The notes under the pieces: generated by a model
Told to the model about the DNA's origin: nothing
Databases searched by the model: none
The model's input: only the letters and a program-made list of their open reading frames with translations
Shown here: positions 53,801 to 64,000 of the stretch, piece by piece
How positions within the stretch are numbered: position 1 is the stretch's first letter
How the letters are laid out: each line of letters opens with the position of its first letter
Program-made: the position numbers and the translations under genes
DNA from: Microcoleus sp.
GTDB taxonomy: Bacteria > Cyanobacteriota > Cyanobacteriia > Cyanobacteriales > Microcoleaceae
Direction: 5' to 3'
Length of the DNA: 64,000 bases
Assembly (NCBI GenBank): GCA_052279835.1
Contig: CP181291.1
Span: 5,888,001 to 5,952,000, forward strand

Positions 53801-56159
53801 GGCACAGACTGGTTGGCAGCAAACTCTTGCCCCTACTGGCAGCATCACTGCCACCAGTGGTGTCAACATCACCAACATCGCGGCCACTCCCACCAACTTC
53901 GGTAACTTCCAGCTAGGCAAAATCGGCGGGCTCAAATTTAATGACTTCAATAAAAATGGTGCCCAAGATCCAGCAGAACCAGCCCTAGGAGGCTGGACAA
54001 TCTACCTGGATGCTAACAACAACAGTATCCAAGAACCAGGAGAAACTGCCACTGTTACTGATAGCGCCGGTAAGTACCAGTTCATCAACCTGACAGCCGG
54101 CACCTACAACGTCCGGGAAGTGCTGCAACCGGGCTGGACACAAACAGTACCGGCAGCCCCAGGTGCGTTTACGATCGCCGTCAGCAGTGGCACAGACTCC
54201 CAAAACAACAACTTCGGCAACTTCAAGCCCAACTCGATTAGCGGTATCAAGTTCAACGACATCAACAAGAGTGGCTTCCTGGATGCAGGGGAAGCCGGAC
54301 TACCCAACTGGCAATTTTTCCTTGATACCAACAACAACGGCACTCCCGACACAGACGAACCCAAGGCCGACACCGATCCCGCCGGCAACTACAAATTCCT
54401 CAATTTGCCCGCAGGTACTTACAAGGTGCGGGAAGTACCGCAAACCGGTTGGACACAAACTACCCCCAACCCGGCAGATATTACTGTCACCAGCGGTCAA
54501 GACATCCCTAACATTAACTTCGGCAACTTCAAGTCCAGTACAATTAGCGGCCAAAAATTCAGCGATGCTAACAACAACGGCCTCAAGGATACCGGGGAAT
54601 TGGGGCTGCAAAACTGGCAAATCTTCCTGGATATCAACCAGGATGGCGTCTTTCAACAGAGCGAACCCACGACTATTACCAATACCAACGGTAACTACAC
54701 TCTGGTTGACATTCCCGCAGGCACTTACCAGGTAAGGGAAGTCCAGCAAAATGGCTGGACGCAGACTACTCCTAATCCGGCCCCGGTGACGATTGTTGGT
54801 GGTAATAGCATTACTGGTGTTGACTTCGGCAACTTTCTGCCCCAACCGGCTACGATCCGAGGTCTGAAGTTCCGAGACTCTAATAATAATGGCACTCAAG
54901 ACAGCGGAGAACTGGGTTTGCCCGGTTTCCAAATCCAGTTAACTAATGTTACGACTGGGGTAGTTGCTGCTACTCCTGTTAACACCACTACAGACAATAG
55001 TGGGAACTACCTATTCACGAACCTGACACCGGGAACCTACCGCGTCCGGGAAATCGCGCAAACAGGGTTTACCCAAAGCACCCCTAACCCCGCCGATATC
55101 GTGCTGGCTTCTGGGGCTATTGTCAATAACGTCAATTTTGGTAACTTCCCGGCACCGACTCCGACTCCGACTCCGACTCCGACTCCGACTCCGACTCCGA
55201 GGCCGACTCCGGTACCACCTCCGGCACCAACTCCGGCACCGACTCCGGCACCGACTCCGGCACCGACTCCTGAACCGACTCCGGCACCGACTCCCACTCC
55301 TACTCCAGCACCGACTCCGGTGCCGACTCCCACTCCGACTCCAGATTCAGATACTCCTCTGAGCTCGCAAACGACGGATTTGGTTTGTCCTGAGAACTTC
55401 GCCAGGGTGGATACTCCTAATCAGTCGGGCATCCCGATCGCGGGTACTGTGATTAATGGCCCTAATGGTGATGATACGATCTTCGGTAGTGCAGCCCGTG
55501 ACTCTATCTTCGGATTGGGTGGCAATGATTTAATCTTTGGGCGTCAGGGCGGTGACTATATCAATGGCAATATCGGCAATGATAGTATCTACGGAGGTGT
55601 CGATAACGATACTCTGCTAGGTGGCAAAGGCTTTGACGCTATCTTTGGCGATCTCGGCAACGATGTCCTTTATGGTAATCGTGGCAATGATTCCATCTCT
55701 GGCGATGAAGGTGATGATTTATCCTACGGCGGCAAAGGCGATGATGTCCTCTTGGGTGTCACTGGTAACGATGTGCTCTTTGGCGATCAAGGTAATGACA
55801 CTCTCTGTGGTGGCGACGATAACGATACCTTACTTGGCGGCAGTGGCGATGATGTCTTGTTTGGCGACACTGGCGATGACTTGCTGTTTGGTGGCCTTGG
55901 CAACGATACTCTGATTGGTGGCGACGGTAGCGACCGTTTCTTGTTGACAGATGGCGGCGGTTTGGACAGGATTATTGACTTCACCCAAGGAGTTGATTCC
56001 CTGGTTTTGACTGGTGGTTTGGATTTCAGTCAATTGTCGTTTAGTCAAACTAATGGATCGGCATCAATTAGCGTTACTGCTACTGGTGAAGTTTTGGCTA
56101 TTCTCAATGGCGTGCGATCGAGCTTGCTAACAGCTCAGGATTTCAACGTATTGGTATAG
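50883..56159 (+). CDS. Giant secreted protein: DUF4347, Gly-rich region, choice-of-anchor-Q-like segment, SdrD-B-like repeats, Pro/Thr linker, RTX Ca-binding C-terminus
   Basis: [42 protein letters not shown]; repeated ISG.KFND.N.NG..D.GE..YKVREV..NFGNF; GGxGND repeats. Confidence 0.92.
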   Translation: MEFDKVRNQQIVFVDPKVKDCEILTKSTDFDTEVIVLKGDRDGIEQIAATLKQRQNIGAVHILSHGAEACVQIGATELNLSNIETYRDRLETWFALPAEENSNSRITAKPEILLYGCNVAATEAGVAFVQRLSQLTGAEVAASNNLTGNAALGGDWELEVTTGKIETAVAFSPEAREAYSGVLADLQQKVANFNELVNAINVANTNTGIDTITLTGNITLTGLLPRITDSTTIVGGGFRISGNNNRAFVVDNTTFNLSNLTIDSAKAVGNPGTTGGGGAAGLGGALFINGGTVIVDKVTFSSNQAVGGAGTAGNGGNGGNADFGTLFGGTVGTPGANGLTGLASIGGPGGPGGPGNPGGTGNPGGTGGIGGTGGTGVAGFSGGVGGAGGAGGAGSVVGSGGGGGGAGGVGGAGGGGTQGNGGAGGAGSAGNFGGGGGSGGIGGIGTAAGTNGAGGLGGFGGGGGSGNAAIAGGTFGGASAIGFGGGGAGLGGAIFINGGTFTMTNSTLYSNTVTGGASGGGTAVAGQAAGGAIFVNTGATATLTNNTIAYNSATAGTTGGIYNNGGTVTVKNTIVAGNTATTNPDLTGAFVGNNNLIGVLGTSTGLTVTQQLTAPLTIANVLAPVASAGLNGATGPAPFTLALVDNSPVTTSTNPAIGGGDNTAATGTTDQRGTGFPRKIDNTLVNKPNVDIGAYEYGPVVQGQKFNDTNGNAAKDGTEATVTTPVQNFVVYVDDNNNSTLDSAEKRVTVATGGNYTLLDTKSNSPVREQAVTNWQQTFPTATATPYNTGIADSNSKDFGNFQSMTINGLIFDDKNGNGTQDSGDTGLPNIQINLINSVTGATISSQNTTPTGTYSFQSLGPLTGGATYRVREVVPTGSTKTTVDPADIPLQSGATVAGGNFGNFKNITISGTKFDDKNGNSVLDTGEVAPATPFDIQLLNAAGAVVKTQTTATTGNYTFTDVGPGTYTLKEVAQTGWQQTLAPTGSITATSGVNITNIAATPTNFGNFQLGKIGGLKFNDFNKNGAQDPAEPALGGWTIYLDANNNSIQEPGETATVTDSAGKYQFINLTAGTYNVREVLQPGWTQTVPAAPGAFTIAVSSGTDSQNNNFGNFKPNSISGIKFNDINKSGFLDAGEAGLPNWQFFLDTNNNGTPDTDEPKADTDPAGNYKFLNLPAGTYKVREVPQTGWTQTTPNPADITVTSGQDIPNINFGNFKSSTISGQKFSDANNNGLKDTGELGLQNWQIFLDINQDGVFQQSEPTTITNTNGNYTLVDIPAGTYQVREVQQNGWTQTTPNPAPVTIVGGNSITGVDFGNFLPQPATIRGLKFRDSNNNGTQDSGELGLPGFQIQLTNVTTGVVAATPVNTTTDNSGNYLFTNLTPGTYRVREIAQTGFTQSTPNPADIVLASGAIVNNVNFGNFPAPTPTPTPTPTPTPTPRPTPVPPPAPTPAPTPAPTPAPTPEPTPAPTPTPTPAPTPVPTPTPTPDSDTPLSSQTTDLVCPENFARVDTPNQSGIPIAGTVINGPNGDDTIFGSAARDSIFGLGGNDLIFGRQGGDYINGNIGNDSIYGGVDNDTLLGGKGFDAIFGDLGNDVLYGNRGNDSISGDEGDDLSYGGKGDDVLLGVTGNDVLFGDQGNDTLCGGDDNDTLLGGSGDDVLFGDTGDDLLFGGLGNDTLIGGDGSDRFLLTDGGGLDRIIDFTQGVDSLVLTGGLDFSQLSFSQTNGSASISVTATGEVLAILNGVRSSLLTAQDFNVLV

Positions 56160-56184
56160 TCCATTAGTCTGGCTGGGGAATAAT

Positions 56185-56450
56185 ACCCACCCCTAGCCCC
56201 TCCCAGGAGGGGAGCCACTTCTCGCCCCTCCCAGGAGGGGAATAAGACCCACCCCTCGCCCCTCCTAGGAGGGGAACAATACCAAATCCTCTCTTCATCG
56301 GAATTATTAAACTCTCTCTCTTCTCTTCCTTCGCGTCCTACCCTACGGGAACGGCTTCGCCGAACGCGCCTTCGCGGTTAAATCATTCCGATACAACCGA
56401 AATTGATATCACTTCTCGCCCCTCCCAGGAGGGGAGCCACCCCTCGCTCC
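56185..56450. repeat. Array of CCCCTCC(C/T)AGGAGGG palindromes interrupted by MITE copy C (56279-56410, with 24-bp insert)
   Basis: Three palindromes before and one after the inserted element. Confidence 0.8.
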
Positions 56451-56486
56451 GAGGAGCTGGGGGTGAGTCCGACTTTGCTTTCTGGT

Positions 56487-56867
56487 TCAAATTTGTTCCA
56501 GATATATGAGCAAGTCGGCCATTTCTTGGGGACTTGGCTGGAATTGTGGCATGGGGGGGGTTTGTCCGCTGGTGACTTGGCGGATTAAAGCGAATTCGGA
56601 TTTGCGCTCGGATACTAAATGTAAGTTTGGGCCCACTTGACTGTCGGACAGGGATATGTGACACCCGGCACAGTTCATTTGAAAGATGGCTGCACCCTGA
56701 ATGGGGTCTCCAGTCAAGGATAGTACGCTGCTGACGTAGGGATCGACCGCTTGAAAGTGGCGTATTGCTAAGCTTGATAACACGATCGCAAGTAAGAACG
56801 CTAGCAAAAATATGCCAATTCGCTCGATCGGGTTTTCAGTTTCATTTTTGGCAATTTGGTTATTCAA
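56487..56867 (-). CDS. cytM: Cytochrome cM
   Basis: TM helix, DPYV..VL.L.GD...G..IF..NCAGCH, GP.L, G.TPPMP.FQP..QEMADLL.YL. Confidence 0.9.
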   Translation of the reverse strand: MNNQIAKNETENPIERIGIFLLAFLLAIVLSSLAIRHFQAVDPYVSSVLSLTGDPIQGAAIFQMNCAGCHISLSDSQVGPNLHLVSERKSEFALIRQVTSGQTPPMPQFQPSPQEMADLLIYLEQI

Positions 56868-57047
56868 AGGAGTTCTATTAAAAAAAGTATCTACAAGAAA
56901 ATTTATTTCTCATAACATAGCTTAATCCTTCCTCGCGGGGAGATCAAGATCTCAGACCGCTGTTATCGTTGTTTTGCGAAAATTCATCTGTGTAAGTGCT
57001 GGTAATATTAAAAATAGGTTGTTAAATCTTAACGATAAGGAGCTCTC

Positions 57048-57167
57048 ATGGTAGAACCGTTGCTTTCAGGTATTGTTCTCGGCCTCATCTTTGTTACTCT
57101 GTCGGGGCTATTTTTTGCTGCTTATCAGCAGTACAAGCGTGGCGATCAGTTGGGTATCAACAAGTAA
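57048..57167 (+). CDS. petG: Cytochrome b6f complex subunit V
   Basis: AAGGAG SD then [39 protein letters not shown]; missed by the ORF track. Confidence 0.97.
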   Translation: MVEPLLSGIVLGLIFVTLSGLFFAAYQQYKRGDQLGINK

Positions 57168-57302
57168 AAGGGGGCTACAGTCCCTAAGTCACGCTGTCAG
57201 GAGATGGGGAATTGGGAATGGGGAATTGGGCAGAGGTCATCAGGAATTGATAGCTGTCTCTCCCTCTTCTTCCCTTATCCCCCTCTTTCTGACCTTCGTT
57301 CC

Positions 57303-58385
57303 TTAAATGTAGCGATCGAGAATAGCAGCAGTTTCCTCACCAGTTTTTTGCCAGCTAAATTGTTTTGCTCTCGCCAAACCTAGTTCCCGTAAGTTCGATC
57401 GCACTCCAACATCCGTTACAAGCTGGTGCATAGCAGCGGTAATTTCCTCCACGCTGTAAGGATTAACTAACAACACTGCATCCCCCCCTACCTCTGGCAT
57501 TGAAGACAGGTTAGAGGTGATGACAGGAGTGCCACAAGCCATTCCTTCGAGCACCGGGAGGCCGAATCCTTCCCAAAGACTAGGAAAAACCAGGGCGATC
57601 GCCTGATTGATGACTTTCGGTAAATCACCAGGGGGAATGTAGTCTAAGAATTTTACGCGATCGACCAATCCCAATTCTTGCACCTGCGCTTTCAGCAGTG
57701 GCGTATAGCGTTTATCTTCCGATCCAGCTATCCACAATTCATACTCACCACTGCTGGGTAAAGCAGCAAATGCTGCTACAACTCGTTGCAAATTTTTATA
57801 AGGATTATGGCGACCAATATAAAGAAAATAATTGCTAGTTGGCAAGTCTAAAAAACGGAAAAAACTGCTATCATATCCAGGGGAAATTGACGTAATTAAA
57901 TCCCTCGGAATTTGACAAAATTCAGCAATATCTTTTGCCGTTGCTTCCGAATCGCAAATAACGTGTTGAGCCTGTCGCAGCACTTGGGGAATATAGTAGC
58001 GGTGGTAGGGCGTGAGCGGATCTAAACGGCGGGGAAATCGGAGTGCAATTAAATCGTGCACTGTAATTATATAGCGACAACCTGCAAATACCGGAGCTTC
58101 GGGAATTGGCGAAAATATTAAGTTTGATTTTAACTGTTTGTAAATTTTGGGAAGCTGGGTTTGTGTCCACAGCAATCGGTTGATGTGTCCTTTGGTGCCT
58201 TGTTCGGGAGTTAAGTTTGATGGGATTTTATAGCATTTATAATTGGGTATTTCGGTGGCGCTTAGTAATGTTGGGTTGAGGGATTTTAGGTGGGGAAAGA
58301 GGTTTTTGGCGTAGATTGCTAAGCCTGTTGGTTTGGAAATTAGGAAGGAGAGGTTGATTAGTAAGTTGGATGGGGGATTTGGCAT
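57303..58385 (-). CDS. GT4 glycosyltransferase
   Basis: [36 protein letters not shown]. Confidence 0.92.
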   Translation of the reverse strand: MPNPPSNLLINLSFLISKPTGLAIYAKNLFPHLKSLNPTLLSATEIPNYKCYKIPSNLTPEQGTKGHINRLLWTQTQLPKIYKQLKSNLIFSPIPEAPVFAGCRYIITVHDLIALRFPRRLDPLTPYHRYYIPQVLRQAQHVICDSEATAKDIAEFCQIPRDLITSISPGYDSSFFRFLDLPTSNYFLYIGRHNPYKNLQRVVAAFAALPSSGEYELWIAGSEDKRYTPLLKAQVQELGLVDRVKFLDYIPPGDLPKVINQAIALVFPSLWEGFGLPVLEGMACGTPVITSNLSSMPEVGGDAVLLVNPYSVEEITAAMHQLVTDVGVRSNLRELGLARAKQFSWQKTGEETAAILDRYI

Positions 58386-58420
58386 GGGATAATATATTCG
58401 ATTTAATTAACCATAATTCC

Positions 58421-58619
58421 TGTAGGGGCGGGTTTCACAAACAATCTCGGCCTCAAACTAATTATCTCGTAAACCCGCCCCCGCCCCAGGAAGAATCAGA
58501 ATGTACATTTTTCGCTTTTAATTAAAGAAAAGGTTGATGCAGGTTATCTATTGTGGGGGGCGGGTTTATATGAATTTTTTGTGGGAATTCCAGATTATTG
58601 GTGAAACCCGCCACTACAA
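58421..58619. repeat. Pair of REP-like GTAGGGGCGGGTTT..AAACCCGCC hairpins; another copy at ~59790-59853
   Basis: GGCGGGTTT/AAACCCGCC stems with flanking GTAG/CTAC. Confidence 0.7.
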
Positions 58620-58690
58620 GTATTGTTGTAAGATTTTTTTTACCGCAGAGGGCGCAGAGGGCGCAGAGGGAAGAGATTAAGAGAGAAGAT

Positions 58691-59761
58691 TTAAAGGTAT
58701 TTTTGTAAAATATTGGCAGTGGCTTCTCCGGTTTTGTTCCAGCTAAATTGCTCTGCTCTAGCTAAACTAGCAGTCTTTAAGTGCGATCGCAATTTTGAAT
58801 CTGTGGCTATGGCTTGCATTGCTGCGGCGATTTCTCCAATGTTGTAAGGATTTACTAATAATGCCGCATCTGAGCTCACTTCTGGCATCGATGACAGGTT
58901 GGATGTAATTACAGGAGTGCCGCAAGCCATTGCTTCTAAAATTGGTAAGCCGAATCCTTCCCAAAGTGTTGGGAAAACTAGGGCGATGGCTTGATTCATT
59001 AGTATGGGTAATCGATCGTAGGGAACGTAACCCAAAAATTTGATGGCAGATTCTAGTCCTAATTCTGCAACTTGTGCTATCAATTGTGGTGTGTAGGCAT
59101 TGCTTGGCCCCGATAGCCAAAGTTCGTAATTTTCGCGATCGCCCAAACTCGCAAAGGCCGCAATTAACCTTTCCAGGTTTTTATAAGGATCGTGTCTCCC
59201 TGTATAAAGAAAATAATTTTTGACTGGTAAGTCTAAATATCTAAAATTAAGGCGATCGCAAGCTAGGGGAATTGCCGTCATTTTTTGAGTCGGAATTTGA
59301 TAAAATTGAGCCACATCCTCCACCGTCGCTTGAGAATCGCAAATAATGTGTTCTGCTTGTCGCAAAACCTGCGGTATATAGTAGCGGAAATAAGCTGTCA
59401 AACGCGAAAATTTTTGGGGAAATCGCAAAGGGATTAAATCGTGTACTGTGACTATATAGCGACAGCCTGAATACAAAGGTGCTTCGGGAATTGGAGAAAA
59501 TATCAGGCTTGAGTGCAATTTTTGGTAAATTTTAGGTAACTTAAATTGAGTCCACAATATTCTGTTTATCTGTCCTTTGCTTCCGCTATCCGGGGTGAGA
59601 TTTCCGGGAATTTGATAGCAAGTATAATCCTCAATCTGTTGGGAACTAAGTAAGGTTGGTTCTAGCTTTTCAAGTTGGGGAAACAGATTTGCTGCATAGG
59701 TGCCAATTCCCGTTGGTTGGGGAGTTAAAAATGACAAATTAATTAACAGTGAATTGGACAT
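58691..59761 (-). CDS. GT4 glycosyltransferase, paralogue of neighbour
   Basis: [37 protein letters not shown]. Confidence 0.92.
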   Translation of the reverse strand: MSNSLLINLSFLTPQPTGIGTYAANLFPQLEKLEPTLLSSQQIEDYTCYQIPGNLTPDSGSKGQINRILWTQFKLPKIYQKLHSSLIFSPIPEAPLYSGCRYIVTVHDLIPLRFPQKFSRLTAYFRYYIPQVLRQAEHIICDSQATVEDVAQFYQIPTQKMTAIPLACDRLNFRYLDLPVKNYFLYTGRHDPYKNLERLIAAFASLGDRENYELWLSGPSNAYTPQLIAQVAELGLESAIKFLGYVPYDRLPILMNQAIALVFPTLWEGFGLPILEAMACGTPVITSNLSSMPEVSSDAALLVNPYNIGEIAAAMQAIATDSKLRSHLKTASLARAEQFSWNKTGEATANILQKYL

Positions 59762-59859
59762 GATTTTAGGGAACAGAATTTATCCAAATTGTAGCGGCGG
59801 GTTTTACTTACAAAATTTAATGATGACAAACAATTTAGATACACCCGCCCCAAAGCAAT

Positions 59860-62001
59860 TTATCGATCGCGATCGACATCGAGCATTTGAGCAACATACC
59901 CTGGATTGGGCAGAGGAATTGTAGCATATTCTTGGCGAATTATCTCAAAAAATTGCTTGACTTTTGCCTCGAAATATGCACTGCTAAAACCTTCGCCACG
60001 TTGTTCAGCAAACCCTTGAAATTCTACTAACAAATCAGGATTAGCAATCAGTTGATGGGAATGGTGACACAGTTCCTCCACAGTGTTGAATAAAAAACCC
60101 GATCGCCCATGTTCCACAATTTCCGGTTGTCCACCACCGTTGAAAACAATCGGAACACAACGGTTTTGCATTGCTTCCACCGTCGCCATTCCGAAATGTT
60201 CAAATCTTTGGGGATTGACTTCTCCCAAACCACAACCGTGCCAAAATATACTGGCTTTAGCATAAAGCGATTTTACCTCATCCAAGTCAGCATTGACCTT
60301 AAGTTCGACCGCCCTAGAATCTTGCTTCAATAAATTCTGAACAGTCTTTAAATAAGGATTGCGAGGAACGCTACTTCCCACCAAAACTAGCCGCCATCCT
60401 TGCAGTTGTTCTGGATAATTCTCCCGCAAACTGCGAAAAGCTTTAATTAATTCAATTTGCTTTTTGGTTCCCCCAGCTTCCCACTGTCCCACAGCTAAAA
60501 TAATGTTTTCTTTCGGGACTTGAGAAGTTGCCATTTCTACAGGCGGATAAAGTAAAAAAGTGGGTTTGAGATTCCAGCGTTTCTCCAACCATTTGACAGT
60601 AAATTGACTGTTAGCAATCATGAACGTGTAGTCATCAACCGCAAAATGACGGTTGCGAAAAGTATTGGGAAAGTGGCAGAAAAATACTGAAATTGGGGAC
60701 AATGGTTTGATTTTTTCCAGTTGATTAGCGTTCACAAAAATATCATATTTTTTGCTTTCTTTGGCAATTTCATCAAAGGGATTTTCCAAGTCATCGGTAA
60801 TCATGCTGGAATCAATACACTGCATTCCGCGCTTTTCGTAAAACTGCAACGGAATAACTTTTATTTGACATTGGGAAAGGTTGATTCCGTACCAGGATTC
60901 TAAATCCGAAATCGCCACTGGTTTGTTAGTAATAAAAGTGATATTAAATTGATTTTGCAGCAGGGAAGCCATCGTCGCTACATATTTTTGTCCCCCACCA
61001 ATAAAATGCAGTCCGTGATCGTAAATCCCGATCGACATTTGGCGATCGCCTCGAACCACCTCTAAGCGAGACAAAATGCGATCGACTTTTAGCCGACTAT
61101 AAATCACCGCCAACTTTTCCGACAATTGCGACAGCACAGTTTCTACTATTTCCGGCTTCTGATACTCTAGCAATTTTTTAATTGCTACAAATATGCTCTC
61201 GAACAACAAATCATACTGTTTATTCGTAAAGAAATCTGAAGTATGAATCGCAGAAACTAATTGCAAAGGTTCGTGTTTTGCTAAATACAAAAAACGATTA
61301 CGATTACAAAAATACTCCGTGAGTTTACTTCCCCGACTTGAGCCTCGGTATTCGTGATGTGCGATCGCATCGGGAGTGTAAAGCATTTCCCAACCCCGCT
61401 TTTGACAGCGTTTCGCAAACTCAACATCCTCGAAATACATCACAAAATCTTCGTCTATCAGTCCCACATCTTCCAGACATTTCCTACGAAACAGCACCGT
61501 AGCCCAACACAAACCTTCTACGGTGCGTTCTGTATCATATTGTCCTGCATCTTTCTCCCCAAAGCCCACATCTCGCCAATAAAAATTAGGTAATTGCTGA
61601 ATTCCCACACTATTAATTCGCCCATCTTTGAACAGCAATTTCCCACTAGCAGCACCAACCTTGGGGTTTGTTTCTAGTTTTTTAACTAAAATTTCTAACC
61701 ACGAACTTTCCAGGGTAGCATCGTTATTCAGAAATGCGATGTACTGTCCTTGAGCTTGGCTGATACCCAAGTTAAGAGCTTTGGCAAAGTTGTTGGCGGA
61801 ATTTACCACAATCCGAACTTTGGGAAAGCATTTTCGCAAAGATTCAACAGAGTCGTCTTGAGAACAGTTATCTATTAAAATTAAATCGAGTTTTTCTTCT
61901 GGATACGCAAGTTTTTGTAGCGATTTTAAGCAATCTTTAGTTTGGCGAAAACCGTTATAATTAACTATAATTAGCGAGCATATTGGTAGTGTCGTCATCA
62001 A
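59860..62001 (-). CDS. GT2-GT4 fusion glycosyltransferase
   Basis: IVNYNG, IDN.S.D.S, FLNND, DEDF.MY.ED; C-terminal EHFGMATVEAM. Confidence 0.9.
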   Translation of the reverse strand: MMTTLPICSLIIVNYNGFRQTKDCLKSLQKLAYPEEKLDLILIDNCSQDDSVESLRKCFPKVRIVVNSANNFAKALNLGISQAQGQYIAFLNNDATLESSWLEILVKKLETNPKVGAASGKLLFKDGRINSVGIQQLPNFYWRDVGFGEKDAGQYDTERTVEGLCWATVLFRRKCLEDVGLIDEDFVMYFEDVEFAKRCQKRGWEMLYTPDAIAHHEYRGSSRGSKLTEYFCNRNRFLYLAKHEPLQLVSAIHTSDFFTNKQYDLLFESIFVAIKKLLEYQKPEIVETVLSQLSEKLAVIYSRLKVDRILSRLEVVRGDRQMSIGIYDHGLHFIGGGQKYVATMASLLQNQFNITFITNKPVAISDLESWYGINLSQCQIKVIPLQFYEKRGMQCIDSSMITDDLENPFDEIAKESKKYDIFVNANQLEKIKPLSPISVFFCHFPNTFRNRHFAVDDYTFMIANSQFTVKWLEKRWNLKPTFLLYPPVEMATSQVPKENIILAVGQWEAGGTKKQIELIKAFRSLRENYPEQLQGWRLVLVGSSVPRNPYLKTVQNLLKQDSRAVELKVNADLDEVKSLYAKASIFWHGCGLGEVNPQRFEHFGMATVEAMQNRCVPIVFNGGGQPEIVEHGRSGFLFNTVEELCHHSHQLIANPDLLVEFQGFAEQRGEGFSSAYFEAKVKQFFEIIRQEYATIPLPNPGYVAQMLDVDRDR

Positions 62002-62101
62002 ATTTTAGATTTTAGATTTTAGATGTTAGAACTTAGATTACTCTCGCGACTAAATTTGGAGACTTAGGAAACGAAAATTGTTTGGGGTCATTTTTGATAT
62101 T

Positions 62102-62635
62102 TTATCGCGGTAGATCGAGCAATCTCTCCCGGATTTCTTCTAACATAGCAGAATGCTGCTCCTGTATAGTTTTTATTTGCTCTATTTCAGATTGCAGTGC
62201 TGCGATCGCTGTTTGTTGCATCTCAAGTTTAGCTCTAACTTCAGGAGACTCGTTGCTAAATTCAGATTGAATTTTTTTCTCTAGGCTTTGCTGATTTTCC
62301 TGCAATCTTTGCAATTGATTGCTCAATGTTTGAACGACGCGGGTATTGGCAAAATTGTAAATTACTTGTCTTTCTAGTACAGGTCTGAGCAATTTTCTGA
62401 CTATTTTTCTAACGGCGATTACTGCGGAACCAAGCCTCCTTTGGTAAGAGGTAATTGGGATATTATAAATATCAAAACCAGTTTTTAACAGAGCTATATC
62501 TTCATCTTCTTCCTCAAGGGCGATCGCACTTTTTTCGGTCACAGACAATGGCGAATTAACAATACCGATTCGCGGTTCCAAAGTTTGTCGTAATTTATCG
62601 ATTATTTGTTGAGTTGGTATTTCTTCTGACTGCAA
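62102..62635 (-). CDS. Hypothetical coiled-coil protein in glycan cluster
   Basis: TTG start after AAGGAGAGG; basic amphipathic helix followed by Gln/Glu heptads. Confidence 0.65.
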   Translation of the reverse strand: MQSEEIPTQQIIDKLRQTLEPRIGIVNSPLSVTEKSAIALEEEDEDIALLKTGFDIYNIPITSYQRRLGSAVIAVRKIVRKLLRPVLERQVIYNFANTRVVQTLSNQLQRLQENQQSLEKKIQSEFSNESPEVRAKLEMQQTAIAALQSEIEQIKTIQEQHSAMLEEIRERLLDLPR

Positions 62636-62782
62636 ACTTTCCTCTCCTTTAGATAACTTAGTATCGATGCTTGGGGAACACCCATCTTAACCTGTTCCAG
62701 GGCGGGCAGAATGCCCACCCCACAAAAACAATTATTTCTTGTCAAACAGCATTATTGCTTCCGATATTGGCAATATCCAAAC

Positions 62783-63856
62783 TTACACCAACTCGATTTG
62801 ACTGTCATCCCCAATCATAAACCTCAGCGCTTTCGGACGGATAGGAGCATTAGTTAATTGAGCTCGCTGGCCGATTACGCTGTCCACAATTCGTTGCTCA
62901 ATCCCTGATATTTTAGCGCCTTCCAAGATGACACTGTGTTCGATATCCGCATCAAGCATCGTGACTCGATCGGCAATACTACTGTAAGGTCCGATAAAGC
63001 AATTTTCAATGTGGCAATTTTCCCCAATTACCACAGGTCCGCGTACCGTACAGTTAATTATTTCACTGCTTTTGCCAATTTGTACTCGCCCGGTAATTTG
63101 ACTTTTTGCATCTACTTTTAATTCTGTCGAAGCTACAATACAGCTATCTAGGATAATTTGGTTAGCACTTAGCAAATCGTCTTTTTTCCCCGTATCCAAC
63201 CACCAACCTTCTAGATTGGAAGCTTCTACTTTTTTTTGCTGATTAATAAGCTGTTGAATTGCATCAGTAATTTCTAGTTCGCCACGGGCAGATGGTTGAA
63301 TTTGGGCGATCGCCTCGTGAATCGTGGGAGCAAAAAAGTAAACCCCAACTAATGCTAAATTTGAAGGGGGGACTTTCGGTTTCTCTACTAGCTGCAATAC
63401 TCGTCCTTTTTCATCCACTGTGGCTACACCAAAAGCAGTAGGATTCGCCACCTGCCGCAGCATAATCAAAGCATCTAATTTGTTGTTGTTAAAAGTCTCT
63501 AAAAACGGATTTAGTTGACTTTCAATTAAGTTGTCTCCTAAGTACATGATAAACGGAGAATCTCCCAAAAATGGTTGGGCAATTTTAACCGCATGAGCCA
63601 ATCCCGCTGGTTTTTCCTGCAAAATATAAGTAATTTTTGCACCAAAGCGATCGCCATTTCCGGTTTTCGCTTTCACTTCTTCACCAGTTTCGGGACTAAC
63701 AATAATCCCAATATCCGTAATCCCTGCCGCCACAATTAGCTCAATTCCGTACCACAGTATGGGCTTATTTGCCACAGGAACCAACTGCTTTGCACCCGTA
63801 TAGGTGAGGGGACGCAAACGTGTTCCTTTGCCGCCAGAGAGGATTAATGCTTTCAT
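62783..63856 (-). CDS. rfbA: Glucose-1-phosphate thymidylyltransferase, long form
   Basis: LSGGKGTRLRPLT...AKQL.PVANKP, GLAHA, YLGDN, EKP, PSARGELEITDAIQ, WWLDTG. Confidence 0.9.
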   Translation of the reverse strand: MKALILSGGKGTRLRPLTYTGAKQLVPVANKPILWYGIELIVAAGITDIGIIVSPETGEEVKAKTGNGDRFGAKITYILQEKPAGLAHAVKIAQPFLGDSPFIMYLGDNLIESQLNPFLETFNNNKLDALIMLRQVANPTAFGVATVDEKGRVLQLVEKPKVPPSNLALVGVYFFAPTIHEAIAQIQPSARGELEITDAIQQLINQQKKVEASNLEGWWLDTGKKDDLLSANQIILDSCIVASTELKVDAKSQITGRVQIGKSSEIINCTVRGPVVIGENCHIENCFIGPYSSIADRVTMLDADIEHSVILEGAKISGIEQRIVDSVIGQRAQLTNAPIRPKALRFMIGDDSQIELV

Positions 63857-64000
63857 TTGGTTAACTCTGAGTTATCCTTGCTTGGTTTGCGGTGCTGACT
63901 GGATTTGTCTGCACTTGTTCGCTTTCGTTCATCTTAAAGCACCATTCCTCCCGTGGCAAGAGTCTGGGTCTATTCTGATTCCAGGGATTGAGGGCGATCG

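Larger units (their letters stand above)
1..64000. repeat. HIP1 octamer (GCGATCGC) dispersed throughout the window
   Basis: Dozens of GCGATCGC sites, plus CGATCG cores, in genes and intergenic DNA; a cyanobacterial hallmark. Confidence 0.95.

Noticed and set aside
51416..55362. Pro-rich and other overlapping ORFs
   Set aside because: Shadows of the Gly-rich and repeat regions of the 1758-aa gene
56185..56450. Possible mini CRISPR array
   Set aside because: Short palindromes with irregular short spacers that resemble each other; a dispersed repeat family
57073..57306. 77-aa ORF
   Set aside because: Out-of-frame overlap of petG and heptamer repeats
1..64000. Complete DGR, retron, prophage or recognised defence operon
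   Set aside because: No reverse transcriptase, integrase, phage structural or cas gene motifs were found among the ORFs

Overview
This is a chromosomal window from a filamentous cyanobacterium. The dense HIP1 GCGATCGC sites, heptamer tandem repeats and repeat families resemble Microcoleus/Oscillatoriales. Housekeeping genes: moaC, murJ, sfsA, leuC, queG, rsmH, ndhH, dapL, ccsA, sbp-cysT-cysW, cytM, petG, a glucose-1-phosphate thymidylyltransferase/glycosyltransferase cluster, tRNA-Arg(ACG) and tRNA-Thr(TGT). Accessory content: three giant secreted or surface proteins with Pro-rich linkers (two DUF4347/RTX proteins, one haemagglutinin-CHAT protein), an orange carotenoid protein followed by a CTD homologue, two tnpB remnants and many nested MITE/REP/short repeats. 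The most notable observations are: (1) an ORF-less ~285-bp IS200/IS605 derivative with an omegaRNA/HEARO-like structured end, wedged inside a PP2C-phosphatase/anti-sigma operon; (2) a 7-repeat beta-propeller inserted into a loop of an Ig-like domain, with codon-level hypervariability between near-identical repeats; (3) a perfect 36-bp palindrome that creates a stop codon in that giant gene; (4) a MidA/NDUFAF7-type methyltransferase directly behind ndhH, the homologue of its known substrate; (5) filled versus empty sites for a 24-bp mini-repeat. Three single-base frameshifts, one of them in ndhH, suggest that indel errors in the assembly are possible, so pseudogene calls are tentative. No CRISPR array, reverse transcriptase or integrase was seen. 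All family assignments come from motif recognition by eye, not database searches.
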